From NCBI GenBank assembly GCA_951406725.2, contig OX597815.1:160828001-160892000 (forward strand): DNA of 64,000 nucleotides. The letters are read 5' to 3'. Source of the DNA: Octopus vulgaris (Eukaryota). The notes under the pieces are model-generated. The model was given only the letters and a program-made list of their open reading frames with translations. It did not search any database and had not been told where the DNA came from. The position numbers and the translations under genes are program-made. Positions 48,831 through 63,029 of the stretch are shown piece after piece (position 1 is the stretch's first letter; every line of letters begins with the position of its first letter).

Positions 48831-49350
48831 CTAAAACCATTTGAGCCTTTTTGCTTTTAATATTCAACCCTAATTATGCAAAGTTGCTTATTGTTATTAC
48901 TATATATATATATCACGTATGAAACATAACAAAAATCAACGCTGGCTATAATCTCTATAAAATATCTGAAGAGATAACCTTAACAGGTATTTATAATGTT
49001 TACAAAATGGATGGGAAGGAATATTTTCTAGACAACAGTAAAATAGGATAGAAAAGTGTGTGTACTGGGTAACAAACATAACAAATGATTGAAATGAATA
49101 TTGTAATGAAGGTGTTAATTGCCCTCCACCATCATTTGATAACTGATGTTGGAGTGTTTACATTCCTGTAACTTAACAGTTTGGCAAAAGAGACCGATAG
49201 AATAAGTACCAAGTTTACAAAAAATAAGTCCTGAGGTCAATTTCTTTGAATAAAAACCCTTTAAGGCTGCAGTTAAATGACTGAAACAAGTAAGAGGGTA
49301 AAAGAATATATATATATTTAATGATGATATATATATTTAATAATGATGAT

Positions 49351-49581
49351 TGGCGGTGAGCTGGCAGAAACGTTAGCACGCCGGGCGAAATTCGTAGCCG
49401 TATTTCGTCTGTCATTGCGTTCCGAGTTCAAATTCCGCCGAGGTCGACTTTGCCTTTTATCCTTTCGGGGTCGATAAATTAAGTACCAGTTATGCGCTGG
49501 GGTCGATGTAATCGACTTAATCCCTTTGTCTGTCCTTGTTTGTCCTCTCTGTGTTTAGCCCCTTGTGGGTAGTAAAGAAAT
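49351..49581 (+). mobile_element. SINE family B, young full-length
   Basis: A-box GAGCTGGCAG, B-box GAGTTCAAATTCC, CpG-rich; closely matches reverse complement of 62054-62283. Confidence 0.9.
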
Positions 49582-49893
49582 ATATTTATTTAATGATGAA
49601 ATGGAAGTGTCAAGGATAGCAGACAGTAAAACAGATTTTTAGAAATCAAACTGAAAGACTGAATACTCTTGCATAGAAAATGAATAATGTTTTTCATCCA
49701 ACAGCCACCAAAGAAATATTACATCTCTGAATGGCAACTCACATATAAAATTTAGGAACAGTTTTGAAATAAAAGGAGATCAGTTAATGATTGTAAAGGA
49801 AGAGTAAAGGACAAAGTGAAAGAAGAGATACAAAAAAGGGTGTAAAAAATGCAGAGTTGTGTGTATACAAGGAACATGCTGTAATTATTGATA

Positions 49894-50380
49894 GGCACAG
49901 GAGTGGCTGTGTGGTAAGTAGCTTGCTTACCAACCACATGGTTCCGGGTTCAGTCCCACTCCGTGGCACTTTGGGCAAGTGTTTTCTACTATAGCCTTGG
50001 GCCAACCAAAGCCTTGTGAGTAGATTTGGTAGACAGAAATTGAAAGAAGCCTGTCGTATATATGTATATATATATATATGTGTGTTTGTGTGTCTGTGTT
50101 TGTCCCCCCAACTTTGCTTGACAACCAATGCTGGTGTGTTTACATCCCCGTAACTTAGTGCTTCGGCAGAAGAGACTGTTAGAATAAGTACTAGGCTTAC
50201 AAAGAATAAGTCCTGACACCGATGTTAGTGTGTTTATGTCCCCGTAATTTAGCGCTTCGGCAAAAGAGACCGATAGAATAAGTACTTGGCTTACAAAGAA
50301 TAAGTCCTGGGGTCAGTTTGCTCAACTAAATGTTGTGTTCCAGCATGGCCACAGTCAAATGACTGAAACAAGTAAAAGAG
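49894..50380 (+). mobile_element. SINE family A, young, with internal tail duplication
   Basis: TGGCTGTGTGG A-box, GGTTCAGTCCC B-box; ~95-bp tail segment repeated at 50120-50310. Confidence 0.9.
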
Positions 50381-50679
50381 CAACTATGCAACTGTATTGC
50401 CTTTGATGATAGAAAAATTTTAGTCATGTCTGAAGGGTGTTTGTTATTTTGTATAGAAATCAAAGGAACTGAAACCTCTGTATGAGAGACAAAGATAAAC
50501 AGATAAGAATCAGTTTCATTTATTTTTCTTTTTGTCTTGCTTTATATATTTTTTTATTTGTGTGTGTGTGTGTGTGTGTGCGCATGTATGTGTTTGTATA
50601 TGTGTGCACACACACAAGTATTCTAAAACTCTACAGGAGATGAATATGATAATTAACAAGATATTTTCTTTAAAAGTTA

Positions 50680-51170
50680 GGTGCGGGCATGACTCTGTGG
50701 GAAGCTGTTTGTTTCCTAATTACATGGTTCCAGGTTCAGTCTTGCTGCATGGCACTTTGAGCAAGTGCCTTTTACTATAGCCCCAAGCTAACCAAAGCCT
50801 TGTGAATGGATTTGATAAACTGAAAGAAGCCTGTTGTATGTATGTATGTATGTATGTATGTATGTATGTATGTATGTACGTACGTACATACGTGCGTGTG
50901 TGTATATATATATATATGCATGAAGATATATGTGTATGTGTCCCTGTGTGTTTGTCATCACCAATTGTCAAGTGATGGTGGGGACAGACACTACTTGACA
51001 ACTGGTTTCTTTATGTTCCCATAACTTAGCAGTTTGGCATAAGAAAATGATAGAATAAGTACCAGGTTTTAAAAAATATAAGTACTATGGTCAATTTGTT
51101 TGGCTAAAATCCTTCAAGGCAGTGCCCTAGTATGGCTACAGACAAAACCAGGTAAAAGCTGAAAGATAAA
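50680..51170 (+). mobile_element. SINE family A, older
   Basis: Aligns with 49894-50380. Confidence 0.8.
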
Positions 51171-51696
51171 ATACAGTAAAAGAAATGTGATATATGTCAA
51201 ACAAAAAGTTCTTGGTTGAATAAATAAGGTATTGTAAAGAAATAAATTATGTGCTGATTCAGTATAAATATGCACCTGTGCTTTTCATAAGTATTTCTGT
51301 TTTTTAATCTTATCCAACTACTGACAGATTTGTGTTTATCATTATACGAATTAGTAGCAGATTAACAGCCTTAATATGACTTCAGACTATTTTCTATCTG
51401 ATTTTACTGGCAAAGAGAAAGAGAGATATTTCAGCATTTTAGAATAGAGTGGTAGGTGGACAGATGAAGGAAGTCAGTATGCTTGAAAGAATTTGAAGAG
51501 CTGAACGTTTTGAATCAAAGCTACATTAGTTGTATTATTTGTACCATAGACTAAAAAAATTGCTTAATTTGATTCAACTTAAGACCATTTTCGCTTTCTT
51601 AGAAAATCAGTCACTCTGTATGGAAAATGCTTCCCCACTTCTCATTCCAAAAACCCATTGAAATATATCTGCAGAATGATTTAGCCATTAAAATTT

Positions 51697-51841
51697 TGGT
51701 TTCGAATTTTGGCACAAGGCCAGCAATTTGTAGGAGGGGCTAAGTTGATTACATCAACCCCAGTACTCAACTGGTACTTATTTTACTGGCACTGAAATGA
51801 TAAAAGACAAAGTCACCTCTGGCAGCATTTGAACCCAGAAT
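51697..51841 (-). mobile_element. SINE family B 3' part
   Basis: TTTTGGCACAAGGCCAGC...GATTACATCAACCCCAG. Confidence 0.75.
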
Positions 51842-51842
51842 A

Positions 51843-52180
51843 TGTACCAAATTTGTTGGTACATAGCCTAATGCACCTATCATGATAAGTACAAATTCAC
51901 AGTCAAAGTACAAGAGCTGTAAGTTCTTCATTAATTCACCGTAAATGTGCTCTTTTTCCTGGACTTTTGATTGTATTTTGACATCTATTGGGCAGCTGAC
52001 CTCTACAACAGTGCATAAGTTTTGTTTCCTGTCCCACAGAACAATATCAAGTCTGTTTTGTTTGCACCGAATTGATGTTTTTATTGGGGTATTCCACCAG
52101 TATTCCTTGTTTTTAGAGGTGTGAATACCTTCTGGTTCTGACATGCCTTTGATGTATACATCAGGAAAGTTCTTCCTCTG
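51843..52180 (-). pseudogene. Restriction-like endonuclease domain of an R4/Dong-type non-LTR retrotransposon
   Basis: YWWNTPIKT...NRLDIVLWDRKQNLCTVVEVSCPIDVKIQSKVQEKEHIYGEL...IMIGALGYVP matches the WD..I.T...RPDIV...IDV.CP.D....KE.EK..KY..L...IGALG pattern. Confidence 0.85.
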
Positions 52181-52540
52181 GATATGTATGTATGCATGCA
52201 TTTATCTGTGTGCATGTATCTGTATTTCTGTGTATATATATATATATATTGGTTTCATGTTAAGAAAAATATCTTATCTTAACAATTTTTCAAGCCAATC
52301 ACATAGAGGAATGGTGTTCATCTCCCTTTTATATTTGTGTGTGTGTGTGTATACTCACAAGATAAAGGTTGAAAGTGATTGCAAAGTTTTGCTGTGATTT
52401 TGTAAAAATATATCCCATGCATCTCTTAAATATGTGTTAATGTTTGTCTGTTTTAATCTTTGGCTTTACATAAAAAAAATTAATATATCTTTATTGAGAT
52501 AGTGAGAGAGTGAAGTGTAAGAGTATGAGTGCTTATATGC

Positions 52541-52880
52541 ATCATCATCATCGCTTAACATCTATTTTCCATGCTAGCATGGGTTGGACAGTTCAACTAG
52601 GGTCTGGGAAGCCAGGAGGCTGCACCAAGCTCCAGTCTGATCTAGCAGTGTTTCTACAGCTGGATGCCCTTCTTAACGCCAACCACTCTGTGAGTGTGGT
52701 GGGTGCTTTTTACGTTCCACCGGCACAGGGCCCAGAGGAGGCTGGCAAACGACCACGATCTGTTGGTGCTTTCATGTGTCACCGACATTGATGCCAGTCA
52801 GGCGGCACTGGCATCTGCCACGTTCGGACGGTGCTTTTAACGTGTCACCGGCACGGGTATCTTAACTACAATTTCCATTT
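52541..52880 (-). mobile_element. RTE 3' end with repeat units
   Basis: (CAT)n tail, reverse complement of terminal block and three units. Confidence 0.85.
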
Positions 52881-54552
52881 GATTTTCATTTTAACACACA
52901 CACACTTATGCTACACAGGCACATACACACACTCACATATATATATACACACACACACATATATAAAATTATACAAATGCACACATTTTATTCCCTTCCT
53001 GTTTTATCTCCAGCATTTACTGTTGTTTCTCCAACAAATATTCAACAAGTTCTGTCTCTGCTCTTTTTTTATTTTACACAAATATATTCTGTATGTACTT
53101 CACTACTATATTCTTTCTCTTTTCTCATTTTAATTCTTTAATCTTTCTCCCCCAGTTTATTTATCTCTTTTCTCTCATTAGTGTATTTTTATCATTTTTT
53201 TCTTAGTTCTAATTAGCGTTCAAAGTGAAAATCCAAATTTGTTCTTAAATGAATACATTAAAACTTATTTGTTTGTGTCTTTTTTTTTTTAACTTTTTCT
53301 TCTAGTTCCTGTTTTCATTGTCATTCTAGTTCTTGTTACTACAGTTGAACATATATATTTTTTTTATTCAATTTTTATTCATGTATCTTTCCAATTCTTT
53401 CTTTCGTTCCTTGTTCTCTTATTCTTTATTTTGTCTTTTGAATATACATTTATCTTTTGTAATTTAATTTGATTTTGGTTTTTGGTTGCCTTTTCTGTGT
53501 TTCACAAGAGAAACGCTAAATCAATATCTTAGTGAAAGTTAATTACAAGCTAATGTCAAAGACAAGAAAAGAAACTGTTTGAAATATAAAGGAATATGGT
53601 AAAACAGTATAAGCAGCTGTTTTGGACCCATTCTTGATCAATAAATACAAAGATTAATGAAAAAAAGTTTCAAGACTGTTTTTAATTCATTTCTTTTTTT
53701 CCTTTTGGTACCTTTTTTTTTTACATTTTGTATTTGTTTTCTTTGTGTGCCTGGATTTAATGATTCTGAAAACTTAACCTACTGTATAATTTATTGAAGC
53801 ATGTAATTTCCAGATAGATATATCCTTCTGTAACATTACTATTATAACTATAAGATGAAGCTACTATCTGAATTTCAGCTTGGTTTGAAGTAAATTCAGT
53901 AAGGCTAATTAATTTAGGATGCTAAGTAATATAATTGGTATGATTTATATCAGAAGTCCATTAGTTAATTTGCTTAATTATCATGACTCTTAATAATCAG
54001 CATATAAAATCAAAAAGGAGGAAAAGTGTATATAAATAAAAGGATAACTGTTTATAGATGTAGTGATGAAACAGGCAGTTTAAAAGCTGTTACATCACCA
54101 GACCAAAGTTTAGAGATTTATATCATGTTATGTATGTTGGACTGTGTTATGTATGTTGGACATTTAACTCTCAGACAGTCCAGTTAATTGTGTATAGTTA
54201 CTGTAGGCATCACTCACAGTATATGAACTTAAGAAATGTACTAGGTTGCCTCCATTCAATGTACTAGGTTATTACCAGTTTAAATATGCTTGGGGCTTAT
54301 TTGAACCCACAAGAAAGCCATTCACTGTGTTTTGTCATGGAGAAAATATTTCTCATGGTACCCAGAGTGTCTTTAAAATGGTATTAACCTTGTCTTTATA
54401 CACCTTACAGCTTAGTGCTGACACTCTGTCAATGTGCTAAGTTCAGTTCCTCCAAGAAATGAGACCTGTGCTGTTAATTTGTTTCAGTGAAGTAGCTTTC
54501 ATACTAATAAATACCAGGCACCCACCATCAAAATTAAATAAATAATGTAAAA

Positions 54553-54920
54553 TTATCTTTTATCTTTTACTTGTTTCCATGATCAGACTGCAGCCATGCT
54601 GGAACACTACCTCGAAGAATTTTTAGTCAAATGAGTTGACTGCAGTGCTTATATTCTTTAAAGTCTTATTCTATCAGTATTTTTTGCTGAACCACTAAGT
54701 TATGGAGATGTAAACACAACACAGTTTGTCAAGCAGTGGTGGAGGACAAACACACACACACACACACATATGATGGGCTTCTTTCAGTTTCTATGTACCA
54801 AATCCACTCACAAGGATTTGGTCAGCCTGAGCCTATAATAAAAGACACCTGCCCAGGGTGCTGCACAGTGGGACTGAACTCAGAACCATGTGGTTAGGAA
54901 GCAAACATTTTACCACACTT
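54553..54920 (-). mobile_element. SINE family A
   Basis: Reverse complement aligns with 49894-50380. Confidence 0.85.
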
Positions 54921-55137
54921 AAAAGAAATGCCATTAAGTTTTTTTGTCTGACTCACTAACAATCCAGCCAGCTTGCATCTTTTTTTTAAAATTGTTTTAT
55001 TAGCAAAATTTTTCTACCCTACTATGATTATTTTGCTAATTTGAAGACAAAACAGAATTTGAATCATTATAATTTTTGTTTCTTTGTCATGGAGTTGGAC
55101 AAGTTTATTAAGTGCAACGCCATTTTAATTTTATTGA

Positions 55138-55358
55138 TCCCTTAGCATTTAAGCTGGCCATTTCTTGCCCATATATTCTCCCTGTTATATGTTTAAACCA
55201 GCCAGATCTGACTCCTCACAGCTACCCTACAATGTCATTCTAAAAATAAACAATTGCATCATCAAAATCTTGAAGCTCTGAGATAATGCATGATTAACTC
55301 AAAACAATGAGTAAAAATAAACATTATATTTTACCAGAGTAATATGAATGCCAAAGAG
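55138..55358 (-). mobile_element. piggyBac-type MITE family 1
   Basis: Reverse complement of the 57927-58145 body; TTAA right flank. Confidence 0.7.
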
Positions 55359-56636
55359 TTAAACATGTCAATTTGTCTGCTTCCGTTTCAATCCTCACAA
55401 CCCTCCCCAGTTCCATGAGAAATACAACCTTACATTATTTATGTAGCAATATAGTTTTCTGTTGTGGCACTCACATATAATATTTACAGGTCTTAACAAT
55501 TGATTTTTATGTTGCTGGAGGTTTCACCTCCTTTGTGAGGAGAAAACTAAAAGAACTATAAAATTCTGTCTTGTGCTTATACATCTATGTTTCTGCATTT
55601 ACAAATATATGTATTGGAGTGGACGACATTAGCTGGAATTTACTTTTCCAGTGTACTAAATATCTTTCTTCTAAATTTAGCAAAAGAGATTAATTGTAGC
55701 AAAATAATGTTGAAAAGCTTGGCAAAATCTTATGTGGTATCAGTAATCTACAGAGCTGTGGTTTTGGTCGTAAACGCAGCAGAGTTATTGGTAGCATAAT
55801 TAGTTTACTGGTTGTAGAATTAGTGATATATTGACAGGAATAATGTTATCAGTGATGTTGCTGTCAATGGTGCAGTAGTGATAGTAATGAAAGAAGAATT
55901 GTGATGTTGGTGTAATTCTACTAATGGTAATGGTTTTATATTGAAGTTTTCCTGCAGAAGAAGACAATTAAGTTCTCTATAATATCATTTGCTTTATAAC
56001 CAAAACAATGAGATAATTCTTCATGTATCTCAGGTATTAAATATCTGTTGAATAAAACAAAGCAATATTAGATAATTCTTCTAACTGTATCATTTCAGAG
56101 ATTATTACCGCTATAGCTGAATACTTCTCCCTCATGCAGTGTAGTTAAGTAGTTCGAATCATAATAGGAAGATGTTACTGATATATTTAGAATTTTACTG
56201 AAAATGCCATAGATTTGATAAAGACTCTCTAATGATATTGAGCAAGCATTTTAATCTTTTAAGACATCGTAATTCGTCAGTCAATTATTTTAATGGAGAC
56301 TGTGGTGTAATTGCTTTGAAGTTTTTAGTAGATCATTCTCTGTGTGTTCCTATTTGTATTCATTCACAGAAAAAAAGAAGCTCAGACCATAATTTCACTT
56401 CAGCTTTTGTGGAACTAAGAGATTAAATTGTGGTTAATGTGATATTATGTATTGATCACATGTGGAGATAGGTGAGAAAATATCATGATGTAAGGTCTAG
56501 AAAAGATATGAACAAAAATAAGGGAGTTTTAGAAAGAAAATCTTTTAATGTAGTTCTCAGTTCTACTTAACCTTATAAATGACCTATGAATTGAGAGTGG
56601 AATTCTCTTCATGTTTCAGTTTTGAAAATTTTTATA

Positions 56637-57058
56637 TTGGGTCATCCCATAAATAATGCGGTTTTTTTCAATTGCATGAACTAAAAGTCAGAATGGGATG
56701 AGAGAAACTACCTGCATCAACTTGCTATAAAAGCAAGTAGTAATTTTACTTTCCTTATTCTTAGTGGAAGTTTTGAAGAGTGCAGTTCGATTTAAACAGT
56801 TATTTTTTCAAAGCTATAATGGAAGCCACAAAGGAGCATATTTGGCATATTTTGCTTTATGAGCTCAATAAAGGCAACAATGCCATTGGAAGTGTGAGGA
56901 ATAATAATGCAGTGTATGGGGATTGAACAATGAGTGTAAGCCAGTGTTAACGGTGGTTCCAGAAGTTCTGAGCCAGAAACTATAGCCTAAAAAACGAGTA
57001 TTGTCCTGGAAGATCTGCAGAGGTTGATGAGGATGTCCTGCAAACCCTGGTGGAACAA
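56637..57058 (+). pseudogene. Mariner transposon left end and decayed transposase N-terminus (ATG 56819)
   Basis: TA|TTGGGTCATCCCATAAATAATGCGG TIR-like end; MEATKEHIWHILLYELNKGNNA...AVYGD*TMSVSQC*RWFQKF*ARNYSL...PGR..EVDEDVL, the mariner HTH region. Confidence 0.9.
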
Positions 57059-57400
57059 GTTCAAAGTGCTTTCACAACTCACCCCTTGTATCTGGAATAA
57101 CAAAAGTTAGCACATCAGCTTATTAGATGTATAGTAATGATATACTAAAATCACAATCATCTTGGGTTGTTATAACTGCTTCTCCTAAAAAAATCTCAAA
57201 ACCTCTGGAATGCACCCTGTATATAGAATGCTAGGAATGATAATGATTTATAGTATAGGTACCAAGCAATACATCTTGGAGAGAATATAGATGATTATAT
57301 CAGCTGGTATGTTATTTTATTGGCCTTAAAAGAATGAATGGCAAAGTTAACCCTGACAAGATTTGAACTAAGTATGCAAAGAGATAATAATAATAATATA

Positions 57401-57615
57401 AGGCAGCGAGCTGGCAGAAACGTTAGCATGCTGGGTGAAATGCTTAGCGGTATTTCGTCTGCCTTTATGTTCTGAGTTAAAATTCCGCTGAGGTCGACTT
57501 TGCCTTTCATCCTTTTGGGGTCAATGAATTAAGTACCAGTTGCGAACTGGGGTCAATCTAATCGACTGGCCCTGCTCCCCAAAAAACTTTCAGGCTTTGT
57601 GCCTAGAGAAGAAAT
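57401..57615 (+). mobile_element. SINE family B (alternative tail)
   Basis: Head matches 49351; tail CAGGCTTTGTGCCTAGAGAAGAAA. Confidence 0.9.
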
Positions 57616-57824
57616 GAATAATAATATAAGTTGTTTACTGCTCTAGTGTTGAATTCTATCATAGTTTACAAGTTAATCTTTTTTTAAAACCAGCAATGGT
57701 TAAGCAGGAATAAAGTATCAGATGTTCTTGCAAAGCATAACTGTACAGTCTGGTTGAAAAATGTATTCACTGTGGATGTAAGATAACTGTAGTAAATGTA
57801 AACAAACAATGCCAAGATGAAGCA

Positions 57825-58450
57825 TCTTTTATTTGTTTCAGTCATTTGACTGTGGTCATGCTGGGGCACTGTCTTGAGGAAATTTTGATTGAATGAATCA
57901 ACCCCAGTACCTATATATTTTTTTAACCCTTTAATGTTCATATTATTCTATCAAACATAATACTTACTGATTCACATTGATTTGAATTGATCATGCATTA
58001 TCCCATATCTTCAAGATCTTGATGGTGTAACTACTTAATGTAGAATAACATTTTCGGGTAGGTGTGAGAGCCTAGATCTGGTCAGTTTGAACATAAAACA
58101 GATTAAATATTTTGGCTGGATATGGCCGGTTTAGATACTAAAGGGTTAAAGCCTGGTACTTATTCTATTGGTCTTTTTTGCCAAACTGTTAAGTTATGGA
58201 GATGTAAACAAACCAATACTGGTTGTCAACTGGTGGTGGAGGATCAATGCAGTTGCAAAGACAAACACACACAGAAACTTATACATACGATGGGCTTCTT
58301 TCAGTTTCCACCTACCAAATCCACTCACAGAGCTTTGGTTGGCCTGAGGCTACAGTGGAAGACACTTGCCCAAGGTGCCATGCAATAAGGCTTAGCCTGG
58401 GATCATGTAGCTGGGAAACAAGATTCTTACCACACAGCCATACCTGCATC
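57825..58450 (-). mobile_element. SINE family A split by MITE
   Basis: SINE homology at 57825-57915 and 58150-58450. Confidence 0.8.
57927..58145 (+). mobile_element. piggyBac-type MITE family 1
   Basis: TTAA|CCCTTTAATGTT...GATACTAAAGGG|TTAA nested in a SINE. Confidence 0.85.
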
Positions 58451-59484
58451 TAGCTTATTATCAAGAAACAGGCTGCATGAGACATGGCTCATCATCAGAT
58501 GGGCTGCACCACTAAAAAAATAAAAAATAATTTTTCATTAGGCATACCATTTAGAAAGTCCCATGGGTTGTAGTTTCCATATGAATGACCTAGACTAAAC
58601 TGATTTGGTAAAACCTGAGAATACTGGCTCTCACAGACATAATGAATGTAGAAGCAAGATAAGATATGTCGTGTTTCTGATCTATTCAACCACCACTAGT
58701 ATAGTGAAAGTAGACACTAAATTGATGACAAGGATAATGATGATGATGATGAGGAGGAGGATGGGGAGGCAAAGATGAAGGATGTATATTGTATGGAGGT
58801 TTTAGTTAATTCCCTAGTATTTGATGAGCTAACTCTAACTTTAACCGGCACATTATGATAATATAGAGAACAACAATAATAACATAAAACCTTGTAATGA
58901 AAAGCGATTCTTGTTAGCATACAAGAAAAATCCATCAAGGAAAGTAATGAATCCATATACTTTATACAGATATAATCTGAAAGAAGTGTCTGCGCTATGC
59001 TGCAGAGCTAAACTAAGACTCGAAGACTCCAGATCAAAAGAAAGTAATCTTCCTCTGTGCATCCAATGAGCACAGATTTCATGACACGTTTATTAAATAT
59101 TAACAGAATTATAAGCATTATAAGCAGGGGAACATCAATTACAGATTAAGAGAAGAATTTGCTGAAAGTCATAGATAAGATATTCCATTGTAGTAAGCTT
59201 ATGTGCATATTTATGCATATTTATAACTAATTACATTCACAGACACAGACACACATGCACACATACATACACAATGATCAACAAATGTAGACATATTTGT
59301 ATGTTTGTAGATTTTGATGTAATAGTGGATGTGACAGTGTGTAAGAGATGGATGGATATGCATAAGAGAGAGAGAGAGAGACACACAGAGTCAGACAGTA
59401 GTATTGTTATATGAGTGAACAAAGTGTGTAAGAAAATTAAGGAAGATGAAGCAAAGAAGCTGAAAAAGAAGATAAAATAAGAAA

Positions 59485-60018
59485 CACAGTGTGTGTGTGT
59501 GTGTGTTTGTATTTATCTTTGTATGTATGTATGTGTTTGTGTGAATATGTGCAAATGTAACAATATGAATGTGCATATTTATGTGTGTACAAGAGTGTGT
59601 GCATGCATGTGTGTAAATGTGTGTGTGTATGTGTGTGAATGTTTGTGAATGCGTGTGTGTGCATGTGCATATTTAGCTTTGTACATGTGTGTATGTGTGT
59701 GCTTGTGTTTGAGAATAAGTGTAAACATGTATCTCTGTATATATGCATATTTATCGTTACATATGTGTGCTTGTGCAAATATGTGTAAATGTGTGCATAT
59801 GTATATGCATATTTACGTGCATGCATACGTGTGTATGCATGTGTGTAAATGTGTGTGCATGCATGTGTGTGTCTGAATGTACGTGCATATTTATCTTTGT
59901 ATGTGTGTGTGCATTTGTGCAAATCTGTAAATGTGTGCATATATATATATGTATGCATATTTATGTGTATGCATATATGTGTCTGTATGCATGTGTGTGT
60001 GTGTGCGTGTGTGTGAAT
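59485..60018. repeat. Cryptic (TG/TGCA)n tract
   Basis: Direct inspection. Confidence 0.9.
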
Positions 60019-60354
60019 ATTGTATTTACTGAATTTTTTTTAAGTGGCAATCTGTAACAGCATCTTAAGAAAAATCTAGCAGCATCGCATTGATTATTTA
60101 TTTTTATCTTGACTTACTTTGACATATTGGTAGATTCAGACTCCACTGGTGTCTCTGCTATATGAATTTGATTTATTGTTTGGCACAAACTTCATCAGTG
60201 ATGATGGTGGGACACGGAACATTGGAATTGTTTTTCATATGCTAACAAATTCTAACTTAAATTGCTTCCTTTGTTTGGTTGTCTTTTTTTTCTGTTTTTG
60301 TTTTTCATATTCGATTGTAGGCCTGCCATTTGAAGCTTCTTTAAAGTTGTTGGC

Positions 60355-60372
60355 ATATATATGTATACATAC

Positions 60373-60421
<49 letters not shown>

Positions 60422-60620
60422 TATATATATATGTGTGTGTGTGTGTATATGCGCGTTCATATTTATATACACATGCTTCTTTTATATGTATGTGTGTATG
60501 TGTATATGCGCGTTCATATTTATATACACATGCTTCTTTTATATGTATGTGTGTGTGTATATGCGTGTTCATATTCATATACACATGCCTCTTTTATATG
60601 TGTGTGTATGTGTGTGTGTT
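60355..60620. repeat. (TA)n plus ~55-bp minisatellite x3
   Basis: TATATGCG.GTTCATATT.ATATACACATGC.TCTTTTATATG three times. Confidence 0.9.
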
Positions 60621-61212
60621 TGTCATTGTGTTTGTAAATGAAGGCATGTGTCATAATCATTAGCTTCCCCTTGATATTGATCATCATTATCAACATCATC
60701 ATCATTGCCCCCATACAATTATTACCAGCATCAGTATTCTCATCTATATATTTTCATCCTGCTACAACTATACTGAATTATGTTTGCAACGTATATATAT
60801 ATATATTTATATACATGTACACACATATACATGTATGTATATATATAGATACATACACACACACACATATGTATGTGTCTGTGTCTGTATGTGTGAGTTT
60901 GCATTTTTCTTCATTTATCTTTAGCTGTCAAGTGTCATGTGTAATTGTCTTGGCACAAAACAGCAGAGGATCCAAACTAAGTGCCTTGCCATATGTAATA
61001 TTTATTTATAGTGATTTCTGTTTAAAGTTCAGATACTTCCAGGGTTGCCTAAACCTTTCATCTACATGGGGATGTTGATGAAATAAATATTAATCATAGA
61101 TTGGTGTGGAATCAGCTGACTAAATCTCGTCTCCGCAAATATATGGTTGTGACAACCCATGCCAGCATGGAAAATGAATATAAAATTATGATGATGGTGG
61201 TGGTGGTGGTGG

Positions 61213-61650
61213 TTTCAAATTTTAGCACAAGACCAGCAATTTCAGGGAAGGTGGTAAATTAATTTCTTCAACCCCAGTACATGACTAGCACTTCGTTTTA
61301 TCTCAGCTTCCACCCCCACCCCTACCCCAAGAAAAATGGATTAAAGGCTAAGTCAATTTTGGCTGAGTTTGAATGTAGAGTTGGAAGAAATGCCACTAAG
61401 CATTTTGCCCGACATGCTAGCAATTCTGCCATCTTGCAGCCTTAATGATAACCTTAATAAGGGTTTTAAGTTATGGCACAAGGCCAGCAATTTTTAGAAA
61501 GAAGGGTTAAGTCAGTTGCATTAACACCAGTGCTTGACTGGGATTTATTTTATTGACCCAGAATAAATGAAAGGCAAAGTCAACTGTGGTAGGATTTGAA
61601 CTCAGAACATAAATAGTCAGAAGAAATGCTTAACAGTATTTTGTCTGATA
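61213..61650 (-). mobile_element. Two tandem SINE family B copies
   Basis: GCACAAG.CCAGCAAT...AAAGGC.AAGTCAA...TTTGAA twice. Confidence 0.7.
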
Positions 61651-62053
61651 TGATAATGAGATATATATTTATATATAACAATTCATCATGATAGTGGTAT
61701 TTGTAATGTTTAATTTTACTACTTGGAAGAATTTAACTAAAAGAAAGACCTTACATGTATCATAGATTATCTGAACTGTCATTTATTTCTTTAACTCTAG
61801 ACTCAGTAATTCTACTGAGGTAGTGGTTTAAGCCCAGATCAGTTTTAATTCAGCAATTCTGTGTAGTTAAAGACATTCTAGCCATGACCATCCTGTTTTG
61901 AATTCAGACATAATTTATCTAATTTATTTAGTTCTACATTAGTGAGTTTTTTTTAAAGATTGCATGATTATCCCCAGATCAGCTTTGGCTGAGTAGATCT
62001 ATAATCAAGGACATTCCTCCTATGATCTTTCAGTTTATTATTCATACATATGT

Positions 62054-62283
62054 ATTTCTTTACTACCCACAAGGGGCTAAACACAGAGGAGACAAACAAG
62101 GACAGACAAAGGGATTAAGTCGATTACATCGACCCCAGTGCGTAACTGGTATTTAATTTATCGACCCCAGAAGGATGAAAGGCAAAGTTGACCTCGGCGG
62201 AATTTGAACTCGGAACGTAATGGCAGACGAAATACGGCAACGCATTTCGCCCGCCGTGCTAACGTTTCTGCCAGCTCGCCGGC
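62054..62283 (-). mobile_element. SINE family B, young full-length
   Basis: Closely matches 49351-49581. Confidence 0.9.
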
Positions 62284-63029
62284 ATATGGTGTCCTTTACC
62301 ATCTACAAAAGCATGTCCAGGCTGTTCATTGTTGGACAGACTAAAGGAATTAGTACTTTGCTTGGAAACAAGTGAGGACTGACTACAGAAGGAGCATTCA
62401 GCCAAAGATGGACTTCAATAAGATCTTGTCTGACCCATGCAAGCATGGGAAAACAGATATTAAAATAATGATACAAGATGATGAATCTGTGTATGTGTGC
62501 ATATCTTGATTATTACTCCTTTTCTCAATGAACTTTAGATATCTGATGGTGTTTCACTGTTGTACATGGAAACATAACAGTATCAACAAAAAGATTTAGA
62601 TTCTTAATACTTACATGTAAGATAATACCAGCAAATATCGATCTGTTATTCCTTGATGAACAATTGTGGTAAACTATTCTCAGTATCTTAGAAATTCCAG
62701 ATGTTTTAACCAAATACGAAGATGCTGACATTTACATAAAACTGACTTTTACTTGGGTATACATGCATATGTATGTATTTTTGTGTGTTTATACATTCTA
62801 AAGCTTAATAATCTTGTCACACATTATGATGTTGATTCTGCCAGAGAATTAAGTTATGGGTACACATGTTTCTGCAATATTCAGCCATTTGCAAGCTAAT
62901 TTAAGGAAGAGCTTCTCATTTGATCAAATAACTGAATATTTATCATAGAAAACAATGAATCTCCGTTTACTTACTTTTTCTGTATTTGTGTTATACTCGT
63001 CAAAAATGATGGTTTATTTTTGCCTCCTT

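Noticed and set aside
62583-62765. Protein-like frame KIIPANIDLLFLDEQLW*TILSILEIPDVLTKYEDADIY
   Set aside because: Internal stop, no recognisable family and no convincing splice sites.
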